Assembly: GCA_030390025.1 (NCBI GenBank)
Contig: CM059425.1
Coordinates: 170,812,001 to 170,876,000, forward strand
DNA: 64,000 bases
Direction of reading: 5' to 3'
DNA from: Squalus acanthias
Taxonomy: Eukaryota
The notes beneath the pieces were generated by a model that worked only from the letters and a program-made list of their open reading frames with translations, was not told the origin of the DNA and made no database searches. Positions 36,659-49,706 of this stretch are shown one piece after another. The translations under genes and the position numbers were made by a program. How positions within the stretch are numbered: the first letter of the stretch is position 1; each line of letters starts with the position of its first letter.

Positions 36659-38197
36659 ACTACATTTATTTAAACCAGGGTTGCAATTTCAGCCTTGCCT
36701 GAGAGCAGATGCAGAGCCCCCTAATCCCAGGAAAGCATGCTGCTACCATATGGGTGCATTGTTGGTAGCATGCTTATTCAGTTTGGGCAGCCCACAGGCC
36801 AGTCCAAAGTTGCAGTTTCCATTCAAATAAATGGAGCCGCCCTGGGCCGTAGGCGACTCTTCTTTGCCAGTGACACAAACCAAAGCGGCCTGGACCGAAG
36901 GAAAATTGAAATGACAGGTTTCTTTCAAATGTCAAGGAGTATTTTTATAAATAAACATCATAATGTATGCATTTTGTTTTAAAACAAAACAAATATTTTT
37001 TATAATTATACATTTTTACATAGACGTTGAAAGAGTACTTTGAACAAAAATTTACTGCCTCCAGAATTTCCTCTTTAATATCTTATTGATAGATCCTTCA
37101 TCTTATGGCATTAATTATTTAACTATTTTAATTGATGGTCAACTTTGGCGATAAATTTTCGGCCTGGGAATTCGCTGCAGTGGCGATATTAGTGACGAAC
37201 GACATAAGTCAGACTGTTGTGCTCCCCAATCCTCCAGTGGCAAATCTACACCAAAATTTACTGGAAAAATAATTCTAATACACAGCAGCGAGCAGAGCAA
37301 CATGGCGTGGCACAGCCAACGGATACTTAAGAATTCATTTTACTTGTTGGTATCTGCAGGGATTTCAACCTAATTTATTTGTTTATTTATTTATATCCAG
37401 TGGCAAATTACCCAAAGATATAAATAGGAATAAATATTGAATAATTATTAGCATAAGAACAAAGATTATTAGGAAAATAATAGTTATTCTGTAATTCTAA
37501 TACTATATCACGAGGCTATGTCTGGGAGCTGTGGATTTTAAGAGTGGTGTCCTTTACCCCTGATTGACATCAGAAAGTGATTTCAGATGCACTTCAGAAA
37601 ACAGCCACCTCAAGAGGCAACTTCACAGTGTTTCAAGGATTACCCTGTTTATTGGGGATTGCAGTACAGTACCTAGCAGTGCGAGAAATAAGCAAAAATA
37701 ACATTCACATTTGCATTGCATTAAACCTTCAGAAATGTGGGCTCTGCTTTGATCAATCAAGAAAATTTAGAATTCAGATAAGAACTGTATTTTGTGATGC
37801 CCAGAAGGGATGTTGCCTCTTAAATGAGTTCCTGTTATGATTCCTGTTATTACACCAAAAATACTCAGCCCACCAGAGTCATTCTGCAACAATCTAAGTG
37901 GCAGTGGCAATCTTAGTGACTTTAATTCAGCAAACTGGATCTCGCCGTTGATATTGATGGCCTGGAATTCGCGGTCATTGGTGAAGCAAACAAATTAATC
38001 TGTGTGTCAAGAATTTAGGGTTTTCCGACACATAATTCAAATCAACGGAAGTTTATTAAAATGGATAAATTTGACACTGCACAAAATTAAAATTAGTTTT
38101 TCAGGGCCATAACCTTTGTTTAGCAATCAATGCACTGTTAAAACCTCAGTTACACCTAATCCGTTTGGGTTTAACTTTTAGTGGGGAATTTAACAGT

Positions 38198-39740
38198 GAC
38201 AACATCCCACCTATCGTGTTGAAGACTTGTGCTCCAGAACTAGCCGCGCCTCCAGCCAAGCTGTTCCAGTACAGCTACAACACTGGCATCTATCCGACAA
38301 TGTGGAAAGCTGCCCATGTATGACCTGTCCACACAAAGCAGGACAAATCCAACCCAGCCAATTACTGCCCCATCAGTCTACTCTCAATCATCAGCAAAGT
38401 GATGGAAGGTGTCATCAACAGTGCTATCAAGCGGCACTTACTCACCAATAACCTGCTCACTGATGCCCAGTTTGGGTTCCGCCAAGACCACTCGGCTCCC
38501 GACCTCATTACAGCCTTGGTCCAAACATGGACAAAGGAGCTGAATTCCAGAGGTGAGGTGAGAGTGACTGCCCTCGACATCAAGGCAGCATTTGACCGAG
38601 TGTGGCATCAAGGAGCCCTAGTAAAACTGAAGTCAATGGGAATCGAGGGGAAAACTCTCCACTGGCTGGAGTCATACCTAGCACAAAGGAAGATGGTTGT
38701 GGTGGTTGAAGGTCAATCATCACAGCCCCAGGACATCACTGCAGGAGTTCCTCAGGGCAGTGTCCTAGGCCCAACCATCTTCAGCTGCTTCATCAATGAC
38801 CTTCCCTCCAACATAAGGTCAGAAATGGGGATGTTCACTGATGACTGCACAGTGTTCAGCACCATTCACAACTCCTCAGCTAATGAAGCAGTCCATGCCC
38901 GCATGCAACAAGACCTGGACGACGTTCAGGCTTGGGCTGATAAGTGGCAGGTAACATTCGTGCCATAGAACTGCCAGGCAATGACTATCTCCAACAAGTG
39001 AGAATCTAACCACCACCCCTTGACATTCAATGGCATTACCATCACCGAATCCCCCACAATCAACATCCTGGGGGTCACCATTGACCAGAAACGTAACTGG
39101 ACCAGCCACATAAATACTATGGCAAAAAGAGCAGGTCAGAGGTTAGGTATTCTGCGGCGAGTGTCTCACCTCCTGACTCCCCGAAGCCTTTCCACCATCT
39201 ACAAGGCACAAGTAAGGAGTGTGATGGAATACTCTCCACTTGCCTGGATGAGTGCAGCTCCAACAACACTCAAGAAGCTCAACACCATCCAGGACAAAGC
39301 AGCCTGCTTGATTGGTACCCCATCCACCACCTTAAACATTCACTCCCTCAACCACCGGCATACCGTAGCTGCAGTGTGTACCATCTACAAGATGCACTGC
39401 AGCAACTCGCCAAGGCTTCTTCGGCAGCATCTCCCAAACCCGCGGCCTCTTCCACCTAGAAGGACAAGGGCAGCAGGCGCATGGGAACACCACCACCTCC
39501 AAGTTCCCCTCCAAGTCACCCACCATCCTGATTTAGAAGTATATCACCGATCCTTCATCGTCGCTGGGTCAAAATCCTGGAACTCCCTCCCTAACAGCAC
39601 TGTGGGAGTACCTTCACCACACGGACTGCAGCAGTTCAAGAAGGTGGCTCGCCACCACCTTCTCAAGGGCAATTAGGGATGGGCAATAAATGCTGGCTTT
39701 GCCAGCGACACCCACATCCCATAAACGAATTTTTAAAAAA
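38198..39740 (+). mobile_element. CR1-like LINE family B, 5'-truncated RT and 3' end
   Basis: ORFs 38399..38968 (QFGFR, LDIKAAFDRVWH, GVPQGSVLGP, MFTDD) and 39020..39676; premature stops; tail gggatgggcaataaatgctggc. Confidence 0.93.
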
Positions 39741-40637
39741 CTCCAGAAAATTCGGGGTCATTGTTTCTGGGCTAGATAAGATTAATGATTAGTTTAAGAG
39801 AGGTTATGTGAATTAATGTAGGTAATTCCTGCGCAGGGATCAGTCCATGTCCACAGCAATGACCATGGCAATGACACCCCAGGCGTGAAAAGCGCAGGAT
39901 ACTCCCAACTCTAATTGGTGCATTATTTGCACCACAAGTCTCATTTGTTTTGAATGTCATGCATTAATTATAGTAACCTTTTTGTGTTGATGCAAAGTAG
40001 TTTTAGGTGCTCGCTGATATTAAACCAGTATTATAATTCAGGAGTTGGATCAGCTATCTGAGTGCCAGTTGAGGCAGGGTCCCCCAAAGGTAGCTTCATC
40101 CTGCTCGGATTTTGCAATAGGTGTAGTATAACTTCAGTCCAGTGCAAACATAAGTTTAAAAAGAACTGTTTTGACATTATCAGAGACTTTATGCTCCTGT
40201 CAGCTTTCTCCCAACATTAAAGTTTAGCCAGCATTCAGAGGCCACTGAGCAGCGTATTATTGATGAGCAAGAATGATAGAGGAGTCAGATGTACCGGGTC
40301 AGTTAGACTTGCATCAAACTCTGCACATATCGGTCTGAGGCTGGGAGTCTATAATATTTCTGGCCCAAAACACTTTTCTCTAGGTTGGGAGAGTAATTAT
40401 TATAACATGCACAATTCCCAGGCACAGCAGTTAATTACTTTCCTATACTGTACTATAGAATCTTGATTTCTGAATAAAGCATAATAACAACAATCTGAAC
40501 CCTTGGCAATGGATAGAAGCAATTACTCATTTTCCTGTAACTACTGATTGCTCTGGCAAAAGTCCCAGTTCTTCATGTCTCAATTACGAAGATATATAAA
40601 TTATCTTCTAAATAATTGACAACTAGGAAATTCAGTG

Positions 40638-40781
40638 AGGGTGAAATTCAACTTCAGCAGTAACGCAAAGCAGGGGGCAGCGGATCCCGACTTCAATGGA
40701 AAGGAAAGCCGGGCGGATTGTATAACGAGCGGCCAATATATACTGCCCATTTGCACCACTGGCAAAGTTGAATTTGACCCC
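40638..40781. mobile_element. Small MITE
   Basis: TIRs gggtgaaattcaactt / aagttgaatttgaccc. Confidence 0.6.
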
Positions 40782-41816
40782 CAATAGTTCCAGCTTGCCT
40801 ATCTCTGAATAACAAATATGTCACCGAATCATTGTGATTTCTGTTTCATCCAAATTGACCCCAGCCTGTCAAACTTGAAGCCAACCCCAAACCTTACTGA
40901 CCAAGTTTTTCACTGGTCTGCATTGATACTGATTGGAAAATAGAAAATTCCACCATTTTATAAAACATCTGGGCCCCAAAAAGCTGCGGGCCGCAATCCC
41001 AGCAGTGACGCCAGGATTGTGCCTGCCAATGCCCTCCAGCTGGAGGGTATCCCATTTACATGGGGCTGGCATGGGTCCAGCGCCTTCCTGCCCCAAGTGA
41101 CCAGATAATCCTGTGATCGCTCTTCATCAAGGGAGTTCCCAGGCCCCCACCAGACTGCATTGTGCTCCCTTCAGCTTCCTGTGTAAATCTAAAAAATCTA
41201 AAAAAAAACACTAGCCTCTTCTTCAGGCTGCTTCCCTGACCTAGATTCCTCCTATGGAGTCCACTTGCACCCATCTCACTCATGCACATCATCTCACTCA
41301 GTGTACGGGTCTCCAGTGATAAGCTGGATCCCAACTGAGCCAACCAGGAACTCCTGGCAGCGGAAGTCCCCACCCAGGGTTTGCCCCTGACATAATTGGC
41401 CTTGTATGGTGTGAGCTTAGGATCCGCCGCAGGGCCCCTACTGATTTCTGGTGAGTTCTGTCGGACATCATGCTGGAGAAAATTTGAGGCACTGAACTCA
41501 GTGTGAACTTAACCAATTAAAATCTGATCGAGGCCTGATTCAATATAAAAAGGGTCAAGTAGCCACATGTTTGGCTTTTCCCTGGCACAAAATTAACATG
41601 GACCTATAACTACTCCTAATCATCCAAATATGAATGAATCATGAATTGAACTTACAGAGAATCTGTTAATTAAATTGATTTTTGCAAAATAATACACTGA
41701 ACAGAGACAGCTATAGTGGAAATCTGCTTTCAACAAACTTCTTCTAATACAACATGTTAGTATAGAGGAGGACTGCAACAAAATACAGGAAGACATTAAT
41801 AAACTTGCAGAATGGG

Positions 41817-44800
41817 CCTGAGCCACATCAAGGAGCAATACTCTGTGACAGAATAACCCAAGGCAAGCCCAGAACTAGTCTCTGCACATTGGTTCCCCAG
41901 GTTGAACCAGCTAGTTTTCTGATGAAGTTGTTTCTTGTCTTTATTTTCAGCGAGGTCTTGGTAAGGTGTCCCTTGAAAGTCAAAGTACGTCCAGTGTAAT
42001 ACCTAGATACACAAGCTTTGGGTCATGGTCCAGCCTGTGTCCATTCAGGTAGATGTTGAGCTACTTGTTTGTCTTTGTGTTGTTTAGATGTTTAGATGGA
42101 AACAGCTGGAGACTGTCTTTTTGTCACTTGGTTTAAGTGTCCATCTTTTGTAATAGTGGCCATGTCTCTTATGTCAGCATTTGGGACTTCTTCCAGGTGA
42201 CTGGAATTCTGAACCTGTATTGCTAGACAGAGGTCATCAGTGTAATTAAAACACCTGGCAGTGGTGTTGGGAAGATCAGTTGTGAAAAGTGTCAGTGCTA
42301 GAACTGAGCCCTGAGGTGGACCATTGTTTTTGGACCTCCAAGAGCAGGTTTTTTGTCCAAGTGAAATTTGGAAGTGGTGGCCGCTCAGCAAATGTTCCAC
42401 ATCCACAACAGCCCATTGCGGTAGGACCAATGGCAGTATGTACAGATCATGTCATATACAGCAGTAAGATTTAACATTACTGCGCCTATCTTCTGCCTGC
42501 TCTGGAAGACATTCTCAATGTAGGTGGTGAGTGTGAACACTTGAACACAGGTACTGCAGTGTGGTCTGAAGCCTGCTTGATCTACACCCAGGATATCATC
42601 AATGGTGAGAGCAATTCTTTGAAGAATAAACCTTTCAAATAATTTGGACACGCAGCTTAACAAAGAGATGGGGCGGTAACTTGATGCCTATCAATGGTCT
42701 TTCTCAGGTTTTGGCAAGGCTTTGCTCTGCACCAGATCATAGGTACCTTATTCTCCTGGATGGCTAGATAGATAGATGACTAGCTAGTGTCTGCTAGTTT
42801 TTCCCACATTCTTCAGGATTCAGGGGAGATGTTACCAAGCCCACAGGCTTTACCTGTTCTCAAGGTTTAGATTGCCCTTTCTATTTCAGCTATGATGAAA
42901 GGGCTTCTTTGGTTTCAGGTAGGCACTGTTTGTATTGTCGTCATTTCTTCTTCACCTTTTCTTCAAACTTTTTGTCCTTATCCACCTTTGCGACATTTAT
43001 CAGGAGGGTATCAATGCTGTTTGGAGAGACTGGGTGATGGTGCTGTGCTGGAGGCTTCTGAACACCACCAAATTTTCTGATTAGAGCCAGGCTTTGCGGT
43101 TGGATCGTGACATGTTTAGTTCCACGGTAGCTGGTTCCTATCTTGCTCTGCTGGAAGTGTTCAAGTTGCCTAAAAGATGTGTGGCAGTGTCTGGATCGCC
43201 ACTTTCTTCATATTGCTTGAAGATTTCCACGCACTCCTCCTCTAGGAAGGGAATGTATATATTGTAACAACCTCTTGGAATTGATGTGGTGGCAGCTTTG
43301 TAAATGGCTCATGTGAACCATGTGTACAAGATACAAGCAATATAGCGGTAGTGAATAGTGCAAAGCTGGCCAATTTGCTTTCCCATAGTTTTGGCAAAGG
43401 TTTTCATTGGTGCTCACAATAGGTATGGTTGGTTAAGGATTGGATGATGTTGACTATGTGGAAAGTTTTTCAATAAACTGCTTATAACTTGAAATGGTGA
43501 TCCAGGTGATGATCTGGCAGAATGAAAAGTACCCTTGTAGGGGGTGGTGGTTTGTGTCAGCTTTACCTCTGACTTCTGAGCGGTTCGAATCGCTCCCACT
43601 CCCTTGGTTCTAGACCTTGGACTTATTTGGGGGTTGTGATACAAAGGTGCAGCAGACAACTGAGTTTGATGAAAGATCTTTAATTTTTATTAAAAGGTAA
43701 GACACAAATAATAACACACTTATCACTCTAAAGGTGGGGAATACTTCGGTACAAGCGAGGGAAATGACAGTAGAACAATCCTTCACCCCTCCCAACCCCA
43801 CTTTACTAGCTAAGTTAGGTTTTGAAGGACATGGGATAATGCTCACCAATCCTTTGACAGTTGGGCTAAATCGCGGTTTTGGGGTTCGCTGTTTATGGCG
43901 GTTAGTGTCTGCCGTACCCTGTACGCGGTAGAGGACTTCACCTGGGTCTCTGGTCAGTCTTCGCGAGTAGTTTATAGTGTGGAAACTTTGCGATTCTTCG
44001 GGTTTTCTTCCCTGGAGTTGGTCTTTGTTGGTCGCGGTGGCCTGCTATTACCCGATCAGTTGGGGATAATGCGCGGTTGTTGGTTTCGTGAGGCCTTTAG
44101 TTTCCACGATGGCTTTAGGCCTTGTTTAGTGTGTCGGTCGACCTTGTGGAGCCATCGGTGACTTGTTGCTGCTTGTTGCTCTGGGTGACAGTGTTGGGGC
44201 CGTTGTTGGAGGTCCATTGAGGTGGTGTCTTCACGAGCTGGACTCAGGTGTGTCTGAGTGGTGAGCAATGCCGACTCGCTTCCAGCTCGGGCCTTCTTCT
44301 TCTTAGTCTCTTCTCCTTCTGATGACCACCGGTTGCGACTGACTGCTCGACCCAATGACCTTGAACTGTGCTGTCTCTCTCGTGTGTGCTTGGTGGACCT
44401 TCAATTATACAGAATTGAAGTGGCCTTATCTACCCGCCAAATCTACTCGGTTCATTGTCTGAATTTGGCGGGCCTGTTACCAGTAACTGCTCTATAGGTG
44501 TCAAATGGGTTTTGGGATGGTTTGCATCCTGTCGATCTCCTTGGCTGATTACTGGTGATTGGTTTCGTGTTTTGGGTTTCTAGGCTGGACTCAGTCTTTT
44601 CTATAGCCTAGTCCTGGGTGATTTGTATTATGCATGTTTCCTGATGGGCCCTGTAATCGGTTTGATGGGACCTGTTGTTTTGGGTGGGACTGTCTTCTCC
44701 TAGGGTCTATTGTCAAAATGTTAATGCTTGCTGGGGCTTTGAGTGAGATCATCCCGGTTCCCCAGACATTGCAATTAACTGCAATACCCAAAACTGCTTT

Positions 44801-45345
44801 TACAAAGGTTGGACCCACCTTTTGTTCTTTACAGGCCCAGACATAGTTTTAAAATACCAAAACTTGGTTTTTGGTCTTACAGTCTCTTAGGTTAGGCCCA
44901 AATGCAATATTATCACTCTGAGGTAGTTCCAAAGTCCTTTTTCCTTAGGTTTTGGGGATCTGTAAATTTTGGAAACCTTACACCCTGTGTTTTAGGTCAT
45001 GGATGAGGTGAAGATCATGGAAGGAGGCCCAGCCCAATAGATCAACTCCATTTTGATCTGACTCTATGTAACCCCAGGTGCTGTGGCGGCTATTAAAATC
45101 TCAACATAGCTGGCAGGGGTTGGAGCTTAGACCAGGATTATACACATTCACCACTCTGAAATGACCGATGCTCACATTATCACAGAAATCCAAATTATTT
45201 GCGAGTGGTTCCGTGACAGTAACTTCTCCTCTAACATAGGTAGCACAGCCATATTTGCTATGCAGAGAGTAACTCACAAGGTCATAAGCTTTTATGTTAA
45301 GGCGACTGGCAAAAAGGGAGTTGACATATGTCTCCTGAAGGTAGC
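41817..45345 (-). mobile_element. Degraded Vingi-like (I/Ingi group) LINE with EN and RT, interrupted by a solo LTR
   Basis: Minus strand in order: LQETYV..HSKYGCATYVR; DFNSRHSTWGY..DQNG..WA; GTFHSAR..FPHSQHHP; ESGDPDTA; QAGFRPHCSTCVQVFTLTTYIE; NGPPQGSVLA; YTDDLCLA; YLGITLD; RNNFIRKLAGSTWG; EYC. Confidence 0.82.
43536..44982 (-). mobile_element. Solo LTR (family L1 relative) inserted in the Vingi-like endonuclease region
   Basis: TGTA...TACA ends; TSD ccct (43532-43535, 44983-44986); shares blocks with 32191-33342. Confidence 0.88.
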
Positions 45346-45349
45346 CTGT

Positions 45350-45900
45350 TCTGTTTGAAGTCTAGGGACTAAAGAACGGAGCAATTTCTTAACAGTGTAT
45401 CGAACAGAACTAAAATATTCAATTACTGTGTAGCTATAAGCTTTGCAGAATACTATGGTTGTCAACTCTGATATGGTAGGCTTGAAATTTCTTGAAAATT
45501 CCCCACTCTTCAATCAGATTTGACTGATTTTGTCACTTGCCCCTCCATAGTTTGTATAGGATTTCCGAGGTGAGAAGCTGAATATTTGTAACTGAGAAGA
45601 GCTTGATACCTTTATAGAATTGAGTTAGGTGGCAAACATCACGGTCAAGTTTTCTCGACAGATCTATTGACTTAGTCTTCTCATTATGGAAGATAACAGA
45701 CTATTTATCAGCCCACTGACCAATTCTGTCTACAGTTGGACAGTTGGCTGACAAATTGAGTGTTAGCTTCAGTGCTGAGAAGACAAAGTCGATAATGCTG
45801 TTGAGAAAACTTGATGTTGCCCACCCATCTCTTCTGTAAGAGAATATCAATGGCCAAAACTGTTTCACGCTCCGTTATCTCAAAGGTATTATTTCTTCAT
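45350..45900 (-). mobile_element. Very old LINE remnant
   Basis: ELTTIVFCKAYSYTVIEYFSSV resembles the LINE post-RT motif LxTIYKAxxRPxxEYxSxVW; heavily decayed. Confidence 0.35.
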
Positions 45901-47152
45901 TTGTTTCAGTTAACCGTTCTCACTAGGATGATCAATTACTGAAAAATAACCACTGAAATACATTTACAGAGATATTACAATCTAAGATTTCCTGATTTAA
46001 CTACAAATTCTGAGCTATTTGTAGTGGAACACGTAAATGATTCAGGATATCTCAGTACAGTGGTATTATCAAGCTGTATCTTGTGGAGGTTGGAGGGGTG
46101 TCAGCTTTTTATGATGTTTGAGCAGTATGCACTAAATCATGTGGCCTAGCTAAGGTTAACATCAATGATGATTCTATTCTAGACCACCATTTTGGAATTT
46201 TCACTTCAAGTTATAATAAGCCCTTACAAAGAAGCATATTTGCTGACGCTTATGAAACCCGTGACCAGGAACCTAGAGTATTCACTACTGGAGGGATTAA
46301 TCAGTCATGGCATTGAAGTTCGAATGGAGAGAGATGAAGTGCTGATGCAATCGTTTTGTTTTGTCAATATTCTCCTGTTCAGTTCATCAGGTGCCAACAA
46401 AACTCTGATATCTTGCCTAAGTTACTTTCTTTAAGTGTGAACCCAGATAGTGATCATTGGCTATTTGGCTATGGAAGGAATTGCTGGCAAGGCCATTCCT
46501 GGCCTTTTTTGATATCCTCACATCCACAGTTTCCAGTACTGGATTGTGATTAGGAACAGGACCCAGGCTCATTTTATTCAGCCCGACCCAGAAGCCAGTT
46601 GTAACATCCCTGCCATGGCTGAAATCAGCACAAAGTAGGAATTGATCAAAGACTCTCTCAGTCTGTATGGCTCAGTAGAATTTCTTGTTTTACACACACC
46701 CAATGCTTGTCATTTGCATCCTTATGACACTCTGAGTGAAATAGGACAGTGTCATAGAATTGTAGTCTTTCACACTGCAATATGAATTTATAGGTAAAGG
46801 CTCATACCCATGATTTTCCACATTGTGAGTCTCAATGTTCCAGGGGTCAGTCATTGAATATGCAACGTTATGAACTACTATTACTTCATTTAATTTGATG
46901 AAATTTGAATATTGTGACTTTGAGAATGGATTTTTATTTTGTTGTGCAGTATGAATAGTTATAAACCCAGTAATTTTCAATAAATCCTTAAGGGGCTCAT
47001 ATCAGACTTCTCTTTGCTATTTTAGCAAAGGTGTTAGTCTGTTTACTTTAAATGGGGTAACATCTCCATTAAAACAGTGGAGAGAGGAATTTGATATCAG
47101 GACATTGAGCATCCATGTGATAACTTTACTCATAGTAATATCCAGGCTATAG

Positions 47153-48021
47153 TGTAAGACGTGCGGAATTACCCCTTGCCCCGTCCAACAGGTTATAGAG
47201 TTCAGACTTGAGACTTATGAGAAGTTACACCAGACACAGCGGTTCTGTCTTTAACCTTTTATTGTTCCTAAGACAGATTCAAAACCCCAAACACTATTCG
47301 AGCAGTCCACCAAAAATCATACATACAACCACCCGCAGATGATCAGTCCAGCGTTGATTGTAAGTCCTTATAAGCAAGAAGACTTGCCAGGCCCCTCCTT
47401 CTGACTGCAGCCTGATCCTCGTAGGTGAGATGACTGGCCAAACCACCTTCTTCCGACTGCAGTGCCGATATTCTTTAGCCGCTGTGTTTTATACAGTTTT
47501 CCTTGCCTTTTGCAGTAAATCAATCATTCAGCAATGGTGAAATGTTCCTTTAATGTTCAATGTAAGTCGTTTGAGCTGTCAAACGTTCACACTCACACAT
47601 CCTGTGTGGCTATCCATTAGTTGCTTTTATCAAAGCCCAAAAATTGATCATTCACTCAAAATTTACAAAAGTGACAGAAAACCACTTGGTTACAGTTCAT
47701 GTGTTATGCCGTATTCTGCTTTTCAAAACTTCAAAGGTTTGACTCCTCCCCTTTAGCCACCAAAAATCATTAGAGACACGATGTCTGCAAAATCTAAGGG
47801 GGTTTGTTTATCTCTGTTGTCTAAGACTACCCCCTGCAGTCACAACCATGTTTGCTGCCTTTTAGTAAAGCACATCAAAGCTCATTCCATGTCCACTTAT
47901 CAGTGAAAGACCGTCTGTTACAACTTTATTTCACTTCGAAAAAAAACCTTTTGGCCTGGCAAAGCATTTCAATATATATGAGAATTAAAAATTAAGAATT
48001 AAGGGTCTGTGTATGCCTACA
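47153..48021 (-). mobile_element. Solo LTR (different family)
   Basis: TGTA...TACA ends; TSD atag (47149-47152, 48022-48025); minus-strand TATA near 47490 and AATAAA near 47260. Confidence 0.8.
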
Positions 48022-48382
48022 ATAGCACCAATGTTTTGCATACATTTTCTTTGGAATTTAACTTCTGGGGATTTTTAAATACAGAAAATCAGCAAACCTA
48101 GAATTCCAATCAAAATAACTGCTCATCAGTAAATTCAGCTTCCAAAATATCAGAATTTACGATGCGACGGAAAACTATCCAAATGGGACGGAACTTTTAA
48201 TTGGCAAAGTTGACGAATACTCATACTACATTCTTATGTGTGCTATTATTTTAAGCGGGTGATTGATTGTGCTACAATAGTGTACCCAGGAATGTAGTTC
48301 AAGTACATGAAGAGTTCAAATGTGAACTTCACCGATCAGAAGTTTAATACTGATAAATTACATGAGACAATTCCATAACGAG

Positions 48383-48962
48383 GTCCTGAAATTCAGCTCA
48401 AGGCCAAGGCAGAATCCTGATGGATCTCCCGTTGGGGACAGTAAATTGGGCCAAATCTGGTTCCACCAGGTTTCCACTCGGTGTCTTCTAGTTATCCATT
48501 TTCTAGTGAAGGTGGAGAGGGAAAATCTTCTGCCAGTGATTCCACCGCCCCACCCCCAAGTCTGCAGGAGTTCACGGGCTATCACAGGAATTCCGTCCAG
48601 TATGTCCTTATCAGGCCTCAGGGGAACTCTTGCCAGCTGAGAGCAGGCATGAGTCCTGCTGCTGAGGACTTGACGAAGGGCAAAACACTTTATCAGGAAC
48701 AAATAATAAGTCCCAGAGGGAAATGATAATCTTTCCCAAAAGGCCAGCTTGCTCCATTGGCAGCAGAAGATTGAAGGAGTGAATATTTGTGTTGGGACCT
48801 TGTCCTTCCTTCCACCATCAGAGTGCCGTAACAACACTCCAATTTCCCATTGGGACGGGCACCACAATATGCACTTGCAAGCACAGGCCACTTGCCCCAA
48901 GCATGCAAATGATCCCGACCCTGCAATTTGGGACAGGGTCTGAGCTATTGGAATTTCGGAGC
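48383..48962. mobile_element. Degraded Harbinger-like MITE
   Basis: Ends resemble gtcctgaaattc / gaatttcggagc; boundaries approximate. Confidence 0.4.
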
Positions 48963-49706
48963 TACGGTGCGGAAGCAAGACGGAAGTACTCAGGTTTCAC
49001 AACAGAACCTATTTGGCATTTCATAATTCATAATAGAAAAGAAAGATATCAAAAGCAATCAGACAATGCTACCACCAAACAATCATATGTTGCTATAAAT
49101 ACTGAAATGTGGCTGATGTGTTTTGAAAATATGTTAAACCAGTCAGAAGTTGAAGTATGTGATAAATGAAGTAATATACTGAATTAATTAGTACAAAGGT
49201 CTAAAGTGTCCTATAACTATAACTTTCATGGAGAAAGTGATTTCAGGAGCAACAGGGAGTACCATAGGAAAAGATGTTATGACAATACAAAATGCACCTT
49301 ATAATGTAGTCAGTTACGACAGAACATCTATCTCAGATAAACAATCTGACATTTCATTCATAATTTTTTTTAAATATCAATAGAATGGTAACTATACGGA
49401 AAGAGAAATCAAGGGTAACTGCTTACCCCTAAATGCATCCCACATAGTTTTTATCTTTAGATTAATTTGTTTAATGTTTCCATTGTCAGAGCTCTTCTTA
49501 CATGTCATCTGCTTATTCAGTCAAAGGGCAACATAGGTGCCGTGGAAGGATTTAAACTGAGGAAACTCCTTTGCGTGTACCTACTTCCTGCAACAAATTA
49601 CACTCTGAAGACCAGTTCATTCTTGTTGGCTGCTATAAATCAGCAAACTGGGATGGCCTTTGAGAATTCTTTGCTGCTTTTGCCTGGGCCAACTGCTGCA
49701 TATATT

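Noticed and set aside
48358..48978. 206-aa ORF on the minus strand
   Set aside because: Coincides with a degraded MITE-like element; no motifs; overlapping ORFs in several frames.
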